Of a DNA stretch of 64,000 bases, positions 17,016-25,527 are shown piece after piece; positions within the stretch are counted from its first letter, which is position 1, and every line of letters starts with the position of its first letter. Position numbers and translations under genes: made by a program. The stretch is from a virus: the IMG/VR virus record IMGVR_UViG_3300005327_000002, positions 16,092 to 80,091 of that record; one strand, 5' to 3'. The notes under the pieces are model-generated. The model was given only the letters and a program-made list of their open reading frames with translations. It was not told where the DNA came from and ran no database searches.

Positions 17016-18059
17016 TCAGTCGCTGCCGGGCGGCCAGGGCTTGGACCAGCCCCACGCCGACGGGTCGTCCCCCAGGCAGTCCGGGCAGGAGCCGCAGTCG
17101 TTGCAGGACTCGTACGGGAGCGGGGTGCGGTCGCCGTACTTCGACGCCGCCGGGTCGGCGCCCGGGTGGGCGTGCTCCGGGTGGACCAGCTTCGACGGGT
17201 CGCGGCGCTCCGGCTGCGGCCGGGCCGGGGCCTGGGCGCGTCCGGCGGCGGGCAGCTGCTGGCGGGACGGGGCATTCAGCGCGGCCAGCGCGGTGCGCAG
17301 CTGATGCTCCGTGGCGTCGTTCGGGTTGTGGCCGTAGGTCCGGGTGTACTGGTCCACCAGCTGCTCCCGGGACCAGCCCAGGGCGTGGGCGGCGTCCTTC
17401 AGCTGGCGCGCGGCCTGGGACCGTCCGGACGGCTGCTGCCCGGAGGGCTGGCGGCCCTGCTGCGGGCGCTGGCCCTGGCGCTGGCCTCCACGGTCCGGGC
17501 GCTGCCCCCGGGGCTGCTGGCGGCCGCGCTGCGCCCCGCCGTCGGCCATCTCCTGGCGGCCGCGCTCCATCATCCGGGCCTCATGCTCCGCCTTGTGGCG
17601 GTCGGGGGTGTCGGAGTCCCCGTCGGCCAGGCCGTCCACCGGGATGTGGAACAACGCGGTGAGCATGTACTTCAGGGCGGCGGTCTCCGCCTTCATGGTG
17701 GCCTTGTCCGCGACGTCCCCGCCCTCACCCCAGTACGCGGCGGTGAAGGTGGAGCCGTCGGGGCCCACCAGGGTGTACTCCACCCGGACGGCCACGTAGT
17801 TCTGGCGGCCGCGCTGCTCGGAGACGCGCTCACCGGCCACGGGGATGATGACCAGCTGGTGCTGGACCAGGGCCCGGTTGAAGGCCGCCAGCACGTCCTC
17901 AATGGACCTGTAGGAGTAGCTGCTGTGGTCGTTCCAGCCGGACTTGCCGATGCCCACCGTGCCGATGGTGTGCATCACGTCCAGGACGGCCTGGTGGACG
18001 GTGCGGGGCGCCGCCCCCCGGGAGGGGGCGGCGGTCGTGATGACTGCTTCGACGGTCAC
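17016..18059 (-). CDS. ERF-family single-strand annealing protein
   Basis: IGKSGWN..YSYRSIEDV, GEG.D.ADKAT.KAET.ALKY.L..LFHIP..D.D; Gln/Arg linker; C-terminal CxxCxxCxxC. Confidence 0.85.
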   Translation of the reverse strand: MTVEAVITTAAPSRGAAPRTVHQAVLDVMHTIGTVGIGKSGWNDHSSYSYRSIEDVLAAFNRALVQHQLVIIPVAGERVSEQRGRQNYVAVRVEYTLVGPDGSTFTAAYWGEGGDVADKATMKAETAALKYMLTALFHIPVDGLADGDSDTPDRHKAEHEARMMERGRQEMADGGAQRGRQQPRGQRPDRGGQRQGQRPQQGRQPSGQQPSGRSQAARQLKDAAHALGWSREQLVDQYTRTYGHNPNDATEHQLRTALAALNAPSRQQLPAAGRAQAPARPQPERRDPSKLVHPEHAHPGADPAASKYGDRTPLPYESCNDCGSCPDCLGDDPSAWGWSKPWPPGSD

Positions 18060-18493
18060 GCGGCCAGGCCCATCCGGGCGGCGCGGGCGGTGGCGATGCC
18101 CTCACGGACACCGGCCAGCAGGCCGTCCGCGTCGTAGGTCTTGCGGGTCTGGCGCTCCGTCACGCTCTCGTCGGCGGAGGCCATGTCCTCCACGGAGGCG
18201 CGGAACATGGAGAAGAAGGCGGTGACCTTCGGCTGCGGGCCGCGCCACACACGGCGGGTGGTGCGGTGGCGGGTGATGCGGTCCAGGCGGAAGGTGCGCA
18301 TCTCGCCGCGCAGCTGGCAGTAGGCGCGGATGACGATGTCCCCGGCCTTCGTGACGTCGATCGAGTGGATCTCGATCGTCCGGACCTCCACCTCCGGGGA
18401 GTCCTTCCCGCACTCGTAGGTGATGGTGACGGGGCGCAGGGCTTCGGCGGCGGTGGTGAGCTGGGCCAGGCGGCGGGTCTCGGTGATCGGCAC
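18056..18493 (-). CDS. Stand-alone WYL-domain protein
   Basis: VTITY..RTIE..RAYCQLRGEMRTFRLDRI. Confidence 0.8.
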   Translation of the reverse strand: MPITETRRLAQLTTAAEALRPVTITYECGKDSPEVEVRTIEIHSIDVTKAGDIVIRAYCQLRGEMRTFRLDRITRHRTTRRVWRGPQPKVTAFFSMFRASVEDMASADESVTERQTRKTYDADGLLAGVREGIATARAARMGLAA

Positions 18494-18586
18494 GGTAGGG
18501 TCGTCCTTGCTCTCGGTGGGACCGGGGGTGCTGGGCCCCTCCCGCGTGCTGGCGTGCGATCGGGTGGGGCCCTTCGTTGTACTGCC

Positions 18587-18645
18587 TTGTGATAGTACAC
18601 CGAAGCCCCGCCATGATGCAACATGATGTGGCATCTTGGCGGGGC
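18587..18645 (-). promoter_or_regulatory. Hairpin/operator/promoter module 1 (drives WYL-ERF operon)
   Basis: 15-bp arms with 1 mismatch (18605-18619/18631-18645) around an 11-nt core; minus strand TTGCAT-N18-TACTAT. Confidence 0.75.
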
Positions 18646-18659
18646 CGGGTTGTGGCCGG

Positions 18660-19625
18660 TCAGGCTTGCTTCTGGACCACCAGCAGGTCGCCCAGGCCGT
18701 ATCCGGAGACGTCCCAGCGCTGCTCCAGGAGCGCGCGGACCTCCTCCAGGCGGCGGGCGACCGTGCTGCCGTCGGAGTCCAGTGCGGCGTGGCTCTCGGT
18801 GTAGCCGACCACCACGCCGCCGGAGGCCCGGGTGCGCACGCGAGCACCTTCCGACCAGCGGCGCCCACCCGGGGCGGTCTTGCTCAGGGCGACGCCGTGG
18901 CGGGCCAGGTAGCGACGGACGGCGTCGTAGGCGGCCTCCGGGCCCGGGCCGGTCGGGATGCGCGGGGAGGCGATGGCGTCCGGCGGCAGCTGGCGGGTGG
19001 AGCCGTCGGCGTAGTGCTCCACCCAGCCCAGGGAGCCGTCCACGTTGGGCTTGTGCGCCTGATCGACCTGCAGCAGGCGCCCGCACGCGGTGCACCAGCT
19101 GCCGGAGCGGTCGACCACGCGGCCCTGGGCGGTGCACAGCACCTCCGTGCGGCGGGTCGCGGGGTGGATCATCTGGTACTGCGTGCGGCGCTGCGGTGCG
19201 GTCACCGGCGCGGCGGCGGGCTTGGCGGTGGCGGGCACGGGCTCCTCCTGGGCGGCCGGGGCGGGGGTCTCCTCCGCCTCCTGCGTGGTGTCGGTGATGC
19301 CGGGCACGTCCTGGCGGACCCGGGGGCCGCTGTTGGAGATGCTGCAATCGGCCCGGCCGTTGAAGTTGTAGACGCTGACCCGGAACGGGAAGCCCTCCGC
19401 GTCCGTCGCTGCTTCGATCGCGTCGGCGTGACGGGCAACCGTGTTGTTGGCCTCCCGGCTGTAGAGGATCACCAGGGTGTACAGGCGCTCCCCGGCGGAG
19501 TTGTACTGGCCCGTCACGCTGAAGTCCCGGCGGCCCGCGCCGCCGCGCTGCTGCAGGCCCAGGGCGCGCAGCGCGCGGGCGACGGCGACGGTCGGGGTCT
19601 TCGCGGGGGCGGGCTTGCGGGCCAT
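18660..19625 (-). CDS. Hypothetical multi-domain protein
   Basis: GAAGGAG RBS; GC3 bias. Confidence 0.7.
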   Translation of the reverse strand: MARKPAPAKTPTVAVARALRALGLQQRGGAGRRDFSVTGQYNSAGERLYTLVILYSREANNTVARHADAIEAATDAEGFPFRVSVYNFNGRADCSISNSGPRVRQDVPGITDTTQEAEETPAPAAQEEPVPATAKPAAAPVTAPQRRTQYQMIHPATRRTEVLCTAQGRVVDRSGSWCTACGRLLQVDQAHKPNVDGSLGWVEHYADGSTRQLPPDAIASPRIPTGPGPEAAYDAVRRYLARHGVALSKTAPGGRRWSEGARVRTRASGGVVVGYTESHAALDSDGSTVARRLEEVRALLEQRWDVSGYGLGDLLVVQKQA

Positions 19626-19663
19626 CGGGGGCTCCTTCGGGTCGGTCGTGCTGGCGTCCCCCG

Positions 19664-19720
19664 ATGATGACACACGAAGACCCCTGATGCAACATCATGA
19701 GGCATCAGGGGTCTTCGTGT
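19664..19720 (-). promoter_or_regulatory. Hairpin/operator/promoter module 2
   Basis: Perfect 19-bp arms 19672-19690/19702-19720; minus strand TTGCAT-N17-CATCAT. Confidence 0.8.
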
Positions 19721-19724
19721 CCGG

Positions 19725-20147
19725 TCACGCCACCGTCGCGGGGTAGGTGCGCTCCTGGGCTCCGTCCGGGACGGGCAAGCTGTAGTGCTCGCCCTCCCGG
19801 GACGGCCAGGTGAACACCCGGATGTCCCGGCCGTCCACGGCCCACGGCATGGTGTCCCGGGTGTCCTGGGCCACCTGGTCGGCCAGGTCCTGCTCCGTGG
19901 CCGACCAGGCGGAGGAGCCGTACCTGCTGGCCCGGTCGGCGTCCCCGACGAACACCCGGTAGGTCAGGTCACGGGTGCCGGGCTGCGCGCCGCCGACGTG
20001 GTCCCAGCCCCAGCTGCCCATGGCCAGCAGGCTGGCGAAGGGGCAGCTGTCCAGCGCGGTCCGGGCGGCGGCGTGGTCGGTGCCCTTGTACAGCTCCGTC
20101 ACGCTGCGGCCGTCGGAGGTGACCACGGAGTACATGCGGGCGCTCAC
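19725..20147 (-). CDS. Hypothetical protein
   Basis: GTGA overlap with the HTH gene; GC3 bias. Confidence 0.65.
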   Translation of the reverse strand: MSARMYSVVTSDGRSVTELYKGTDHAAARTALDSCPFASLLAMGSWGWDHVGGAQPGTRDLTYRVFVGDADRASRYGSSAWSATEQDLADQVAQDTRDTMPWAVDGRDIRVFTWPSREGEHYSLPVPDGAQERTYPATVA

Positions 20148-20377
20148 CGGGCGGCCTGCGTGCGGGCGCGGGGCTTGGAGCGGCCCGGGAACTGGGTGCC
20201 GTAGCGGCGCCGGACGGTCTCCCGGGTCACGCCCAGGATGCCGGAGACGGAGTTGACCACGCCGTCCACGCGGGTGGCCAGGATCTCCCGGGCCAGACCG
20301 TCGATCTTCTCCTGCAGGTCGGCCTGCTGCTGCTGCAGGCCTTCCAGCTCCTGAATCTTGCTCTCGGTGGTGTCCAT
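20144..20377 (-). CDS. Small coiled-coil + HTH protein, probable repressor of the ATGC-N11-GCAT modules
   Basis: Heptad region then VVNSVSGILGVTRETVRRRY HTH-like; leaderless start. Confidence 0.65.
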   Translation of the reverse strand: MDTTESKIQELEGLQQQQADLQEKIDGLAREILATRVDGVVNSVSGILGVTRETVRRRYGTQFPGRSKPRARTQAAR

Positions 20378-20383
20378 GGCCCC

Positions 20384-20489
20384 ATGATGGAGCACGAAGA
20401 CGCTTAATGCAACAGGGTGCGCCATTGGGCCTACAGACGGTAACCCAATGCCACATCCTGTTGCATTGAGGGGACTTGCGTGTCATGCT
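20384..20489. promoter_or_regulatory. Divergent promoter pair with two operator copies
   Basis: Minus strand TTGCAT-N17-CATCAT-N6-ATG; plus strand TTGCAT(20461)-N17-CATGCT; operators at 20406 (imperfect) and 20446-20468. Confidence 0.75.
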
Positions 20490-20531
20490 GGCTTCTGCCA
20501 GCACGGAACAGCCCGCCGAGAGGAACCCGAC

Positions 20532-21032
20532 ATGACCGCCTCCGAGACCCCCGCCCGCACCGGGATGCACGTCCGCACCGAGAACGGCACCCGCACCCTG
20601 GTGACCACCCGGGCCGCCCTGGACGAGATGAACGCGGCCATGATGGACAAGGCCGTGAAGCGCACCGTCCGGGAGATGTCCGCCAGCCGCGACAGCGCCG
20701 ACATCACGTACCGGGACGGTCGCAAGGGCCGCAAGGTCAGCCTGCGCCCGGCCAGCGCCCAGGACGTGGCCGACCTGACCCCCGCGCCGGAGACGGAGCC
20801 GGAGGCGCCCGTGGAGAGCGCCCCGGCGGCGCCTGAGTGGCGCACCCTGAAGGGCCTGCGCGTCGGGGACACCGTCCGCCTGTGGTCGGGCAACCGGAAG
20901 ACCGGACCGACCGGAGAGGGCCGGGAGGCCACCCTGGTGGAGATCCGCACCGGCTGGGTCTTCCAGTACACCGACACCGGATGGACGGGCTGGATCGGCG
21001 GCGCCGCGTCCAAGCACTGGGTCTCCGTCTGA
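20532..21032 (+). CDS. Hypothetical protein (C-terminal SH3/KOW-like barrel)
   Basis: GAGAGGAA RBS; LRVGDTVRL. Confidence 0.7.
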   Translation: MTASETPARTGMHVRTENGTRTLVTTRAALDEMNAAMMDKAVKRTVREMSASRDSADITYRDGRKGRKVSLRPASAQDVADLTPAPETEPEAPVESAPAAPEWRTLKGLRVGDTVRLWSGNRKTGPTGEGREATLVEIRTGWVFQYTDTGWTGWIGGAASKHWVSV

Positions 21033-21098
21033 CCGTCACCGCCCCACGGGGCGCAGCCGCCCGGCTGCGCCCCTGCCCTTACCGAGAGGAACCGAACG

Positions 21099-21182
21099 AT
21101 GGCCCGCAAGACACAGCAGCCCCGCAGGCTGACCGACGCGCCCGGCTGGGTCCGCGACGTCCTGGACGGGGGGCTGCGGTGA
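21099..21182 (+). CDS. 27-aa small protein
   Basis: GAGAGGAA RBS; MARKTQQPRRLTDAPGWVRDVLDGGLR; stop overlaps the next GTG. Confidence 0.5.
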   Translation: MARKTQQPRRLTDAPGWVRDVLDGGLR

Positions 21183-21370
21183 GCGCGGGTGTCGCCTGCC
21201 GGGTGCGGGCGCACCGGGGTCTGTGGCGGGTGACGGTCCGCAAGGCCAACTACTCCGCCTTCAACGGCGGGCGCCGGACGCCGTCGGCCTGGTCCCAGCT
21301 GCGCTGCCCGGCCTGCTCCACGTCCTGGCGGAGCAAGGGCGCCTACGTGGACAACGTCCCCGACGCCTGA
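21179..21370 (+). CDS. Small zinc-finger-like phage protein
   Basis: C..H..W..NYSAFNG..TPS.WS.LRCPAC..WRSK. Confidence 0.65.
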   Translation: MSAGVACRVRAHRGLWRVTVRKANYSAFNGGRRTPSAWSQLRCPACSTSWRSKGAYVDNVPDA

Positions 21371-21377
21371 CCTGCGC

Positions 21378-21431
21378 CGAAGACCCCCAATGCCACATGA
21401 TGTTGCATTGGGGGTCTTCGTGTGTCATTCT
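21378..21431 (+). promoter_or_regulatory. Hairpin/operator/promoter module 4
   Basis: Perfect 16-bp arms 21378-21393/21405-21420; TTGCAT-N17-CATTCT. Confidence 0.8.
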
Positions 21432-21469
21432 GGTCTCTCGACCGCACGACCGACCCGAAGGAGCACGAC

Positions 21470-22369
21470 ATGGCGACCATCTCCCCGCGCATGCAGGACG
21501 CGATCCGCACCGGAGCCGACGGCGCGGTGGTCTTCTGCGAGCGCGCCGACACGGAGTCCGCCCTGATCCGGCACGGCCTGATCCACCCGGTGCAGTCCAC
21601 CCTCACCGAGTACGGCCAGCAGGTCCTGGCGGGCCTGCTGGAGGCCGACGCGGCGGCGCAGGCCGCCACCGGCGGCACAGTGCACCGGCCGCAGTCCTGC
21701 GCCCAGGACGCCGACGCCCCGGCGGAGTGGGAGGGCTTCGCCTTCAGCCGGGTGGCGGTGGGCGACTACGTCCGCTTCCAGACCCGGGAGACCGGCTTCG
21801 ACGGGCGCGGCCTGTACTACCGGGAGGGCTGGGTGATCCGCGTCACGGAGTCCTCCATGGTGGTCAGGGTCGGCCACAACGAGACCGCCCGCATCAGCGC
21901 GCAGTCCTTCATGGAGCGGGATGTGGCCCGCAAGCCCGGGATCAAGGTCCCCTACCACCCCGACTTCGCGCACCGGGTCGTCCGGGGCGCGAACGTGACC
22001 GTGATCTGGTCGCCCTTCCCGATCATCGACGCGGCGGCCGTGGTGGACAACTTCCTGGACGCCCGCTACCGGGACGTGGAGACCGTCGCGGAGGCCGCCC
22101 GCTTCACGAAGGCGGAGGGGGCCGACTTCTCCGGCTGGGTGGTGCGCAGCGGGCTGGACTACTCGGACCCGCGACGGACCCGGAAGGCCGCCCTGGAGCA
22201 GCTGGAGATGGCGGTGGCGGACTACTTCGGCGCGGCCGTGGACTACCTGCGCCAGGGCCCGCAGCCGGTGGAGGACCGGCCCACCCCGATGGCCGCGAAG
22301 GTGGCGGCCTTCCAGGAGCTGGCGAAGGAGCTGGAGGCGGCCGGGCTCAACGTGCGCGCCCTGCTCTGA
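21470..22369 (+). CDS. Hypothetical multi-domain protein
   Basis: GAAGGAG RBS; GC3 bias. Confidence 0.75.
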   Translation: MATISPRMQDAIRTGADGAVVFCERADTESALIRHGLIHPVQSTLTEYGQQVLAGLLEADAAAQAATGGTVHRPQSCAQDADAPAEWEGFAFSRVAVGDYVRFQTRETGFDGRGLYYREGWVIRVTESSMVVRVGHNETARISAQSFMERDVARKPGIKVPYHPDFAHRVVRGANVTVIWSPFPIIDAAAVVDNFLDARYRDVETVAEAARFTKAEGADFSGWVVRSGLDYSDPRRTRKAALEQLEMAVADYFGAAVDYLRQGPQPVEDRPTPMAAKVAAFQELAKELEAAGLNVRALL

Positions 22370-22379
22370 CCCCTGCCGG

Positions 22380-22434
22380 ACAACGACCCCTGATGCGACA
22401 TGATGTTGCATCAGGGGTCGTTGTGTGTCATGAT
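22380..22434 (+). promoter_or_regulatory. Hairpin/operator/promoter module 5
   Basis: Perfect 17-bp arms 22380-22396/22408-22424; TTGCAT-N17-CATGAT. Confidence 0.8.
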
Positions 22435-22493
22435 GGCGCTTCGACCGAAACACCCGCCGCGCCCGCCAGCCGGGCCGCCGAAAGGACACCGAC

Positions 22494-22934
22494 ATGAACG
22501 CCCCCGTCTGCGGCTACTCCGCCGCCCACACCGCCGCAGCAGTCCCCGCCGACCTCCGGGTGGGCATGGGCCCGCTGGGCCAGGTCCCCTGCTGCACCCC
22601 CTGCGCCGACACCTACGACCGGCTGAACGGGGTGCCCGGTGAGCGCCTGCCGCTGGCCGCCGTCCGGTTCGCGGTCGTCGCCACGGAGGCGACCTACGAC
22701 GAAGACGACGCCGAGATCATCGCGGTGACCGGCCCCCTGGCCTTCGGCGACAGCCTGGAGCAGGCCCTGAAGGCGCTGCCCGGGGAGACCGTCGGGGAGG
22801 TGTACGCGGTGTGGGCCTCCGCCGACGTGGAGCAGCGCGCGGGCGGCTGCCGCCCCGACTCCCTGGTGATGATCAACGTCTACGGGGACGCCATGGCGCT
22901 GGCCGACACCTACCTGCAGATCGTGGCGATCTGA
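22494..22934 (+). CDS. Hypothetical protein, AVW-RPD-GD-YL family paralog 1 with N-terminal Cys/His motif
   Basis: GAAAGGA RBS; motifs shared with 23331 and 23642. Confidence 0.7.
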   Translation: MNAPVCGYSAAHTAAAVPADLRVGMGPLGQVPCCTPCADTYDRLNGVPGERLPLAAVRFAVVATEATYDEDDAEIIAVTGPLAFGDSLEQALKALPGETVGEVYAVWASADVEQRAGGCRPDSLVMINVYGDAMALADTYLQIVAI

Positions 22935-23308
22935 TGGCCCGCCGCGCCTTCGTCCGCACCGCCGTGGCCAACCAGGTGCACGACCTGGTGGAGGAGCGCC
23001 TGGCCCCCCTGCAGATCCCCGCCGGGAACCTGTCCTTCGGCTACGCCCTGGCGGAGGACATCCTGGCCCTGGTCCGGGGCCAGGAGCCCGACACCGGCCG
23101 GAACCTGGACCGGGAGTGCTACGGCACCCTGTGCAAGGTCGCGCCGACCTGGCGGGCCCGCCTGTCCCCCACCCCGGAGGACGAGACCGGCGGCACGTGG
23201 CTGGGCGCCTGCGGCCGCCACCTGGCCTGGGTGTGCGACCAGATCTCCGACGGGGAGAACGTCGACCTGGACGTGGAGCGCATCCGCGCCTCCCTGACCG
23301 CCCGCTGA
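22934..23308 (+). CDS. Hypothetical protein (Cys/His motif)
   Basis: TGATG coupling; C..C..ACGRHL..VC. Confidence 0.65.
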   Translation: MARRAFVRTAVANQVHDLVEERLAPLQIPAGNLSFGYALAEDILALVRGQEPDTGRNLDRECYGTLCKVAPTWRARLSPTPEDETGGTWLGACGRHLAWVCDQISDGENVDLDVERIRASLTAR

Positions 23309-23330
23309 ACTACCCGAGAGGACACAGCAC

Positions 23331-23642
23331 ATGACCGAGCACTACGCCGTCCAGAAGACCACCGCCACCGAGACCGCCGACGGGGCCGCCTTCGTGCTGG
23401 ACGGGGACGGCCGGGTCTCCCTGGGCCTGGTCAACGCGGTGCACCGCATCGGCGCCTGGGCCGGGAACGTCTTCGCGGTGTGGACCGCCGACGGCCGGGA
23501 CGCGGCGCTGGAGGCGCAGCGGACCCGCAGGCCCGACGCCCTGTACACCGTGACCGACTCCGGCGACCTGCTCCAACTGGCGGACCGCTACCTGGAGTTC
23601 GTGGTCCGCATCGACCGGGCGACCGGCGGATGGGCCGCCTGA
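23331..23642 (+). CDS. Hypothetical protein, AVW-RPD-GD-YL family paralog 2
   Basis: GAGAGGA RBS; shared motifs. Confidence 0.7.
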   Translation: MTEHYAVQKTTATETADGAAFVLDGDGRVSLGLVNAVHRIGAWAGNVFAVWTADGRDAALEAQRTRRPDALYTVTDSGDLLQLADRYLEFVVRIDRATGGWAA

Positions 23643-23986
23643 TGGGCGCCTTCCTGTCGGCCAGCCGCTACGCGGTGCGCCGGGTGGTCCCGCGCGGGAC
23701 CACCGGCGGCGGCGGCTGGGACCTGGTCCTGGAGCAGGACGGTCCCGTGTGGACCGGGGACAGCTGGTCGCGGGGCGCCAACGCGCTGCAGCTGCCGCTG
23801 GGCGGCGTGCTGGCGGTGTGGGCGGACCCGGCCTGGGAGGAGCGGCCGCCGTCCCGGCCGGACCGCCTGTACGCGGTGCTGGGCAGCGGGGACCTGGTGG
23901 CGATGGCGCCGGAGTACCTGACCGGGGTTCAACTCCCGTACTGGGAGCGTCACGGAACGCAGTTGCCCGTGGTGATCAAGGGGTAA
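23642..23986 (+). CDS. Hypothetical protein, AVW-RPD-GD-YL family paralog 3
   Basis: TGATG coupling; shared motifs. Confidence 0.7.
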   Translation: MGAFLSASRYAVRRVVPRGTTGGGGWDLVLEQDGPVWTGDSWSRGANALQLPLGGVLAVWADPAWEERPPSRPDRLYAVLGSGDLVAMAPEYLTGVQLPYWERHGTQLPVVIKG

Positions 23987-24003
23987 GATCCCCGAAATGC
24001 AAC

Positions 24004-24031
24004 AGGGCCCCCGCCCGGAGGCGGGGGCCCT
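24004..24031 (+). terminator. Stem-loop terminator
   Basis: AGGGCCCCCGCC...GGCGGGGGCCCT. Confidence 0.7.
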
Positions 24032-24163
24032 TCACACTCGGTGCCGGTGAACTTTGGCGAGCGACCCGGCGCCCCGAACGTAAGACGTGGACCACCGTAC
24101 AGGGCCCGTGCGCGGTTGCGCACCTGGGGACCCGTCGGTGCGTCGGCGTCGTAGGAGCAGCGC

Positions 24164-25276
24164 ATGTCCTTCACCGCCATCACCTGGGCCCTGGAAGACG
24201 CCCCCGTGGCCGACACCGTGGAGCGGGCCATCCTGGTCAAGCTGGCCAGCCACGCCGACCACGACGGTCGGGCCGCCTTCCCGTCGAAGAAGACCATGGC
24301 CCGCGTGGCCCTGTGCGACCCGAAGACCGTCCAGCGCAAGCTGGCCGCGATGGTCCGCCGGGGGCTGATCGCCCTGGGCGACCAGGAGGCCGCCCGCATG
24401 ATCCCGAAGCACCTTCGCCCCACGGTCTACGACCTCCTGATTCCGGCGGCCTGGTACGGGCCGGAGCAGCTGGAGCGCGTCAACCGGGACCGGGTCTACG
24501 TCGGCCTGCCGCCGCTGGACGCTCTGGACCGCCCCGGCCTGGCCCCCGCCCCGGAGCGCGCGAAGCGGTCGGACGCCGGGGTGCCCCGCCCGCGCCGGGA
24601 CGCCCAGGAGACCGGGGACGGAGTTGTCCACAGGGGGGACTCACAGTCCCCCCACCCGGGGACTGTGAGTCCCCCCACCCGGGGACTGACAGTCCCCCAA
24701 ACCAGTACTAGTAACCAGTCCAGTGAACCTGTCCCTCCGTCTCCCGCCCGCAGGGCGGCAGGTGCGGGTAGTGGGCGCGCGGGCGCGGGGCGGCCCGCTT
24801 CGCGGGGAGATGGGGAGGCAGCGACCGGAGCGACCGAAGGCCTGGTGATCCACGACCGCCCCGACGGGGCCGTGGCGGCCGTCCTGGAGGCCGTGCCCGG
24901 CATCGTGCGGGCGCTGACCCCCGGACAGCTGCGCCTGGCCTCCAGGGCCGTCCTGGGCGTCCTCCAGGGGCCCTTCCAGGACCCGGCCGCCCTGGCCGCC
25001 CACCTGGAGGCCCGGCTGGCGCCCATGTCGCTGACCGACGACTGCGACCCCCGGGCGTTCATCCGCGACCCCTACGCCTGGCTGATCTCCCAGCTGCCGG
25101 ACATCACCGTGTGCCAGGGCGGCTGCGGGCGCACCGTCCACGCCACGGCCGGGCGCAGCGGGCTGCGGTGCGCTTACTGCTCGGACGGCGTCGACCCGGC
25201 CCGGGCGCTGGCGGAGCTGGCGCGGGAGAACGCGGCCGTACTCGGCGACGGGTGCCCTCCGCCGGACTGGGCGTGA
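24164..25276 (+). CDS. HTH replication initiator (lambda O / plasmid Rep-like)
   Basis: MSF.AI.WAL..ILVKLA.HA..G..AFPS..TMAR..KTVQRKL..M..GLI; AGGAG RBS; internal iterons. Confidence 0.75.
   Translation: MSFTAITWALEDAPVADTVERAILVKLASHADHDGRAAFPSKKTMARVALCDPKTVQRKLAAMVRRGLIALGDQEAARMIPKHLRPTVYDLLIPAAWYGPEQLERVNRDRVYVGLPPLDALDRPGLAPAPERAKRSDAGVPRPRRDAQETGDGVVHRGDSQSPHPGTVSPPTRGLTVPQTSTSNQSSEPVPPSPARRAAGAGSGRAGAGRPASRGDGEAATGATEGLVIHDRPDGAVAAVLEAVPGIVRALTPGQLRLASRAVLGVLQGPFQDPAALAAHLEARLAPMSLTDDCDPRAFIRDPYAWLISQLPDITVCQGGCGRTVHATAGRSGLRCAYCSDGVDPARALAELARENAAVLGDGCPPPDWA
24624..24697. repeat. DnaA box plus three palindromic iterons (putative origin)
   Basis: TTGTCCACA 24624-24632; GGGGACT-NNN-AGTCCCC at 24635, 24658, 24681 (23-bp period). 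Confidence 0.75.
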
Positions 25277-25527
25277 GTTTCACCGGATCGGGTGACTAAC
25301 GGTCGGGGGCTGCCGCCCGGGCGGCGTATCGTCGGCGGCTCCGGTGCTCCCGGGGGGCTGGTCCTCCGGGCGGGCGCCGACCCGCCGCCCCCGGGCGGCC
25401 CTCCGCGCACCCCACGGCGGCCATCACCCCGGCCGCAGGTCCGCAGCCGCCACGGCCCCCAGGCATCCGGCGGTGCGGACCCCCTCCCCGCGCGGTCGGC
25501 CTCCCGGGGGCGCCGCGCTTCCCGGGC

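Noticed and set aside
18605-22424. Repeated palindromes as a CRISPR array or integron attC sites
   Set aside because: Separated by whole genes, no constant spacers, no cas genes or attC R/L boxes; promoter geometry explains them better
23996-24008. AATGCAACAGGG as another operator module
   Set aside because: Half-site only, with no matching -10 at the right spacing; possibly a remnant
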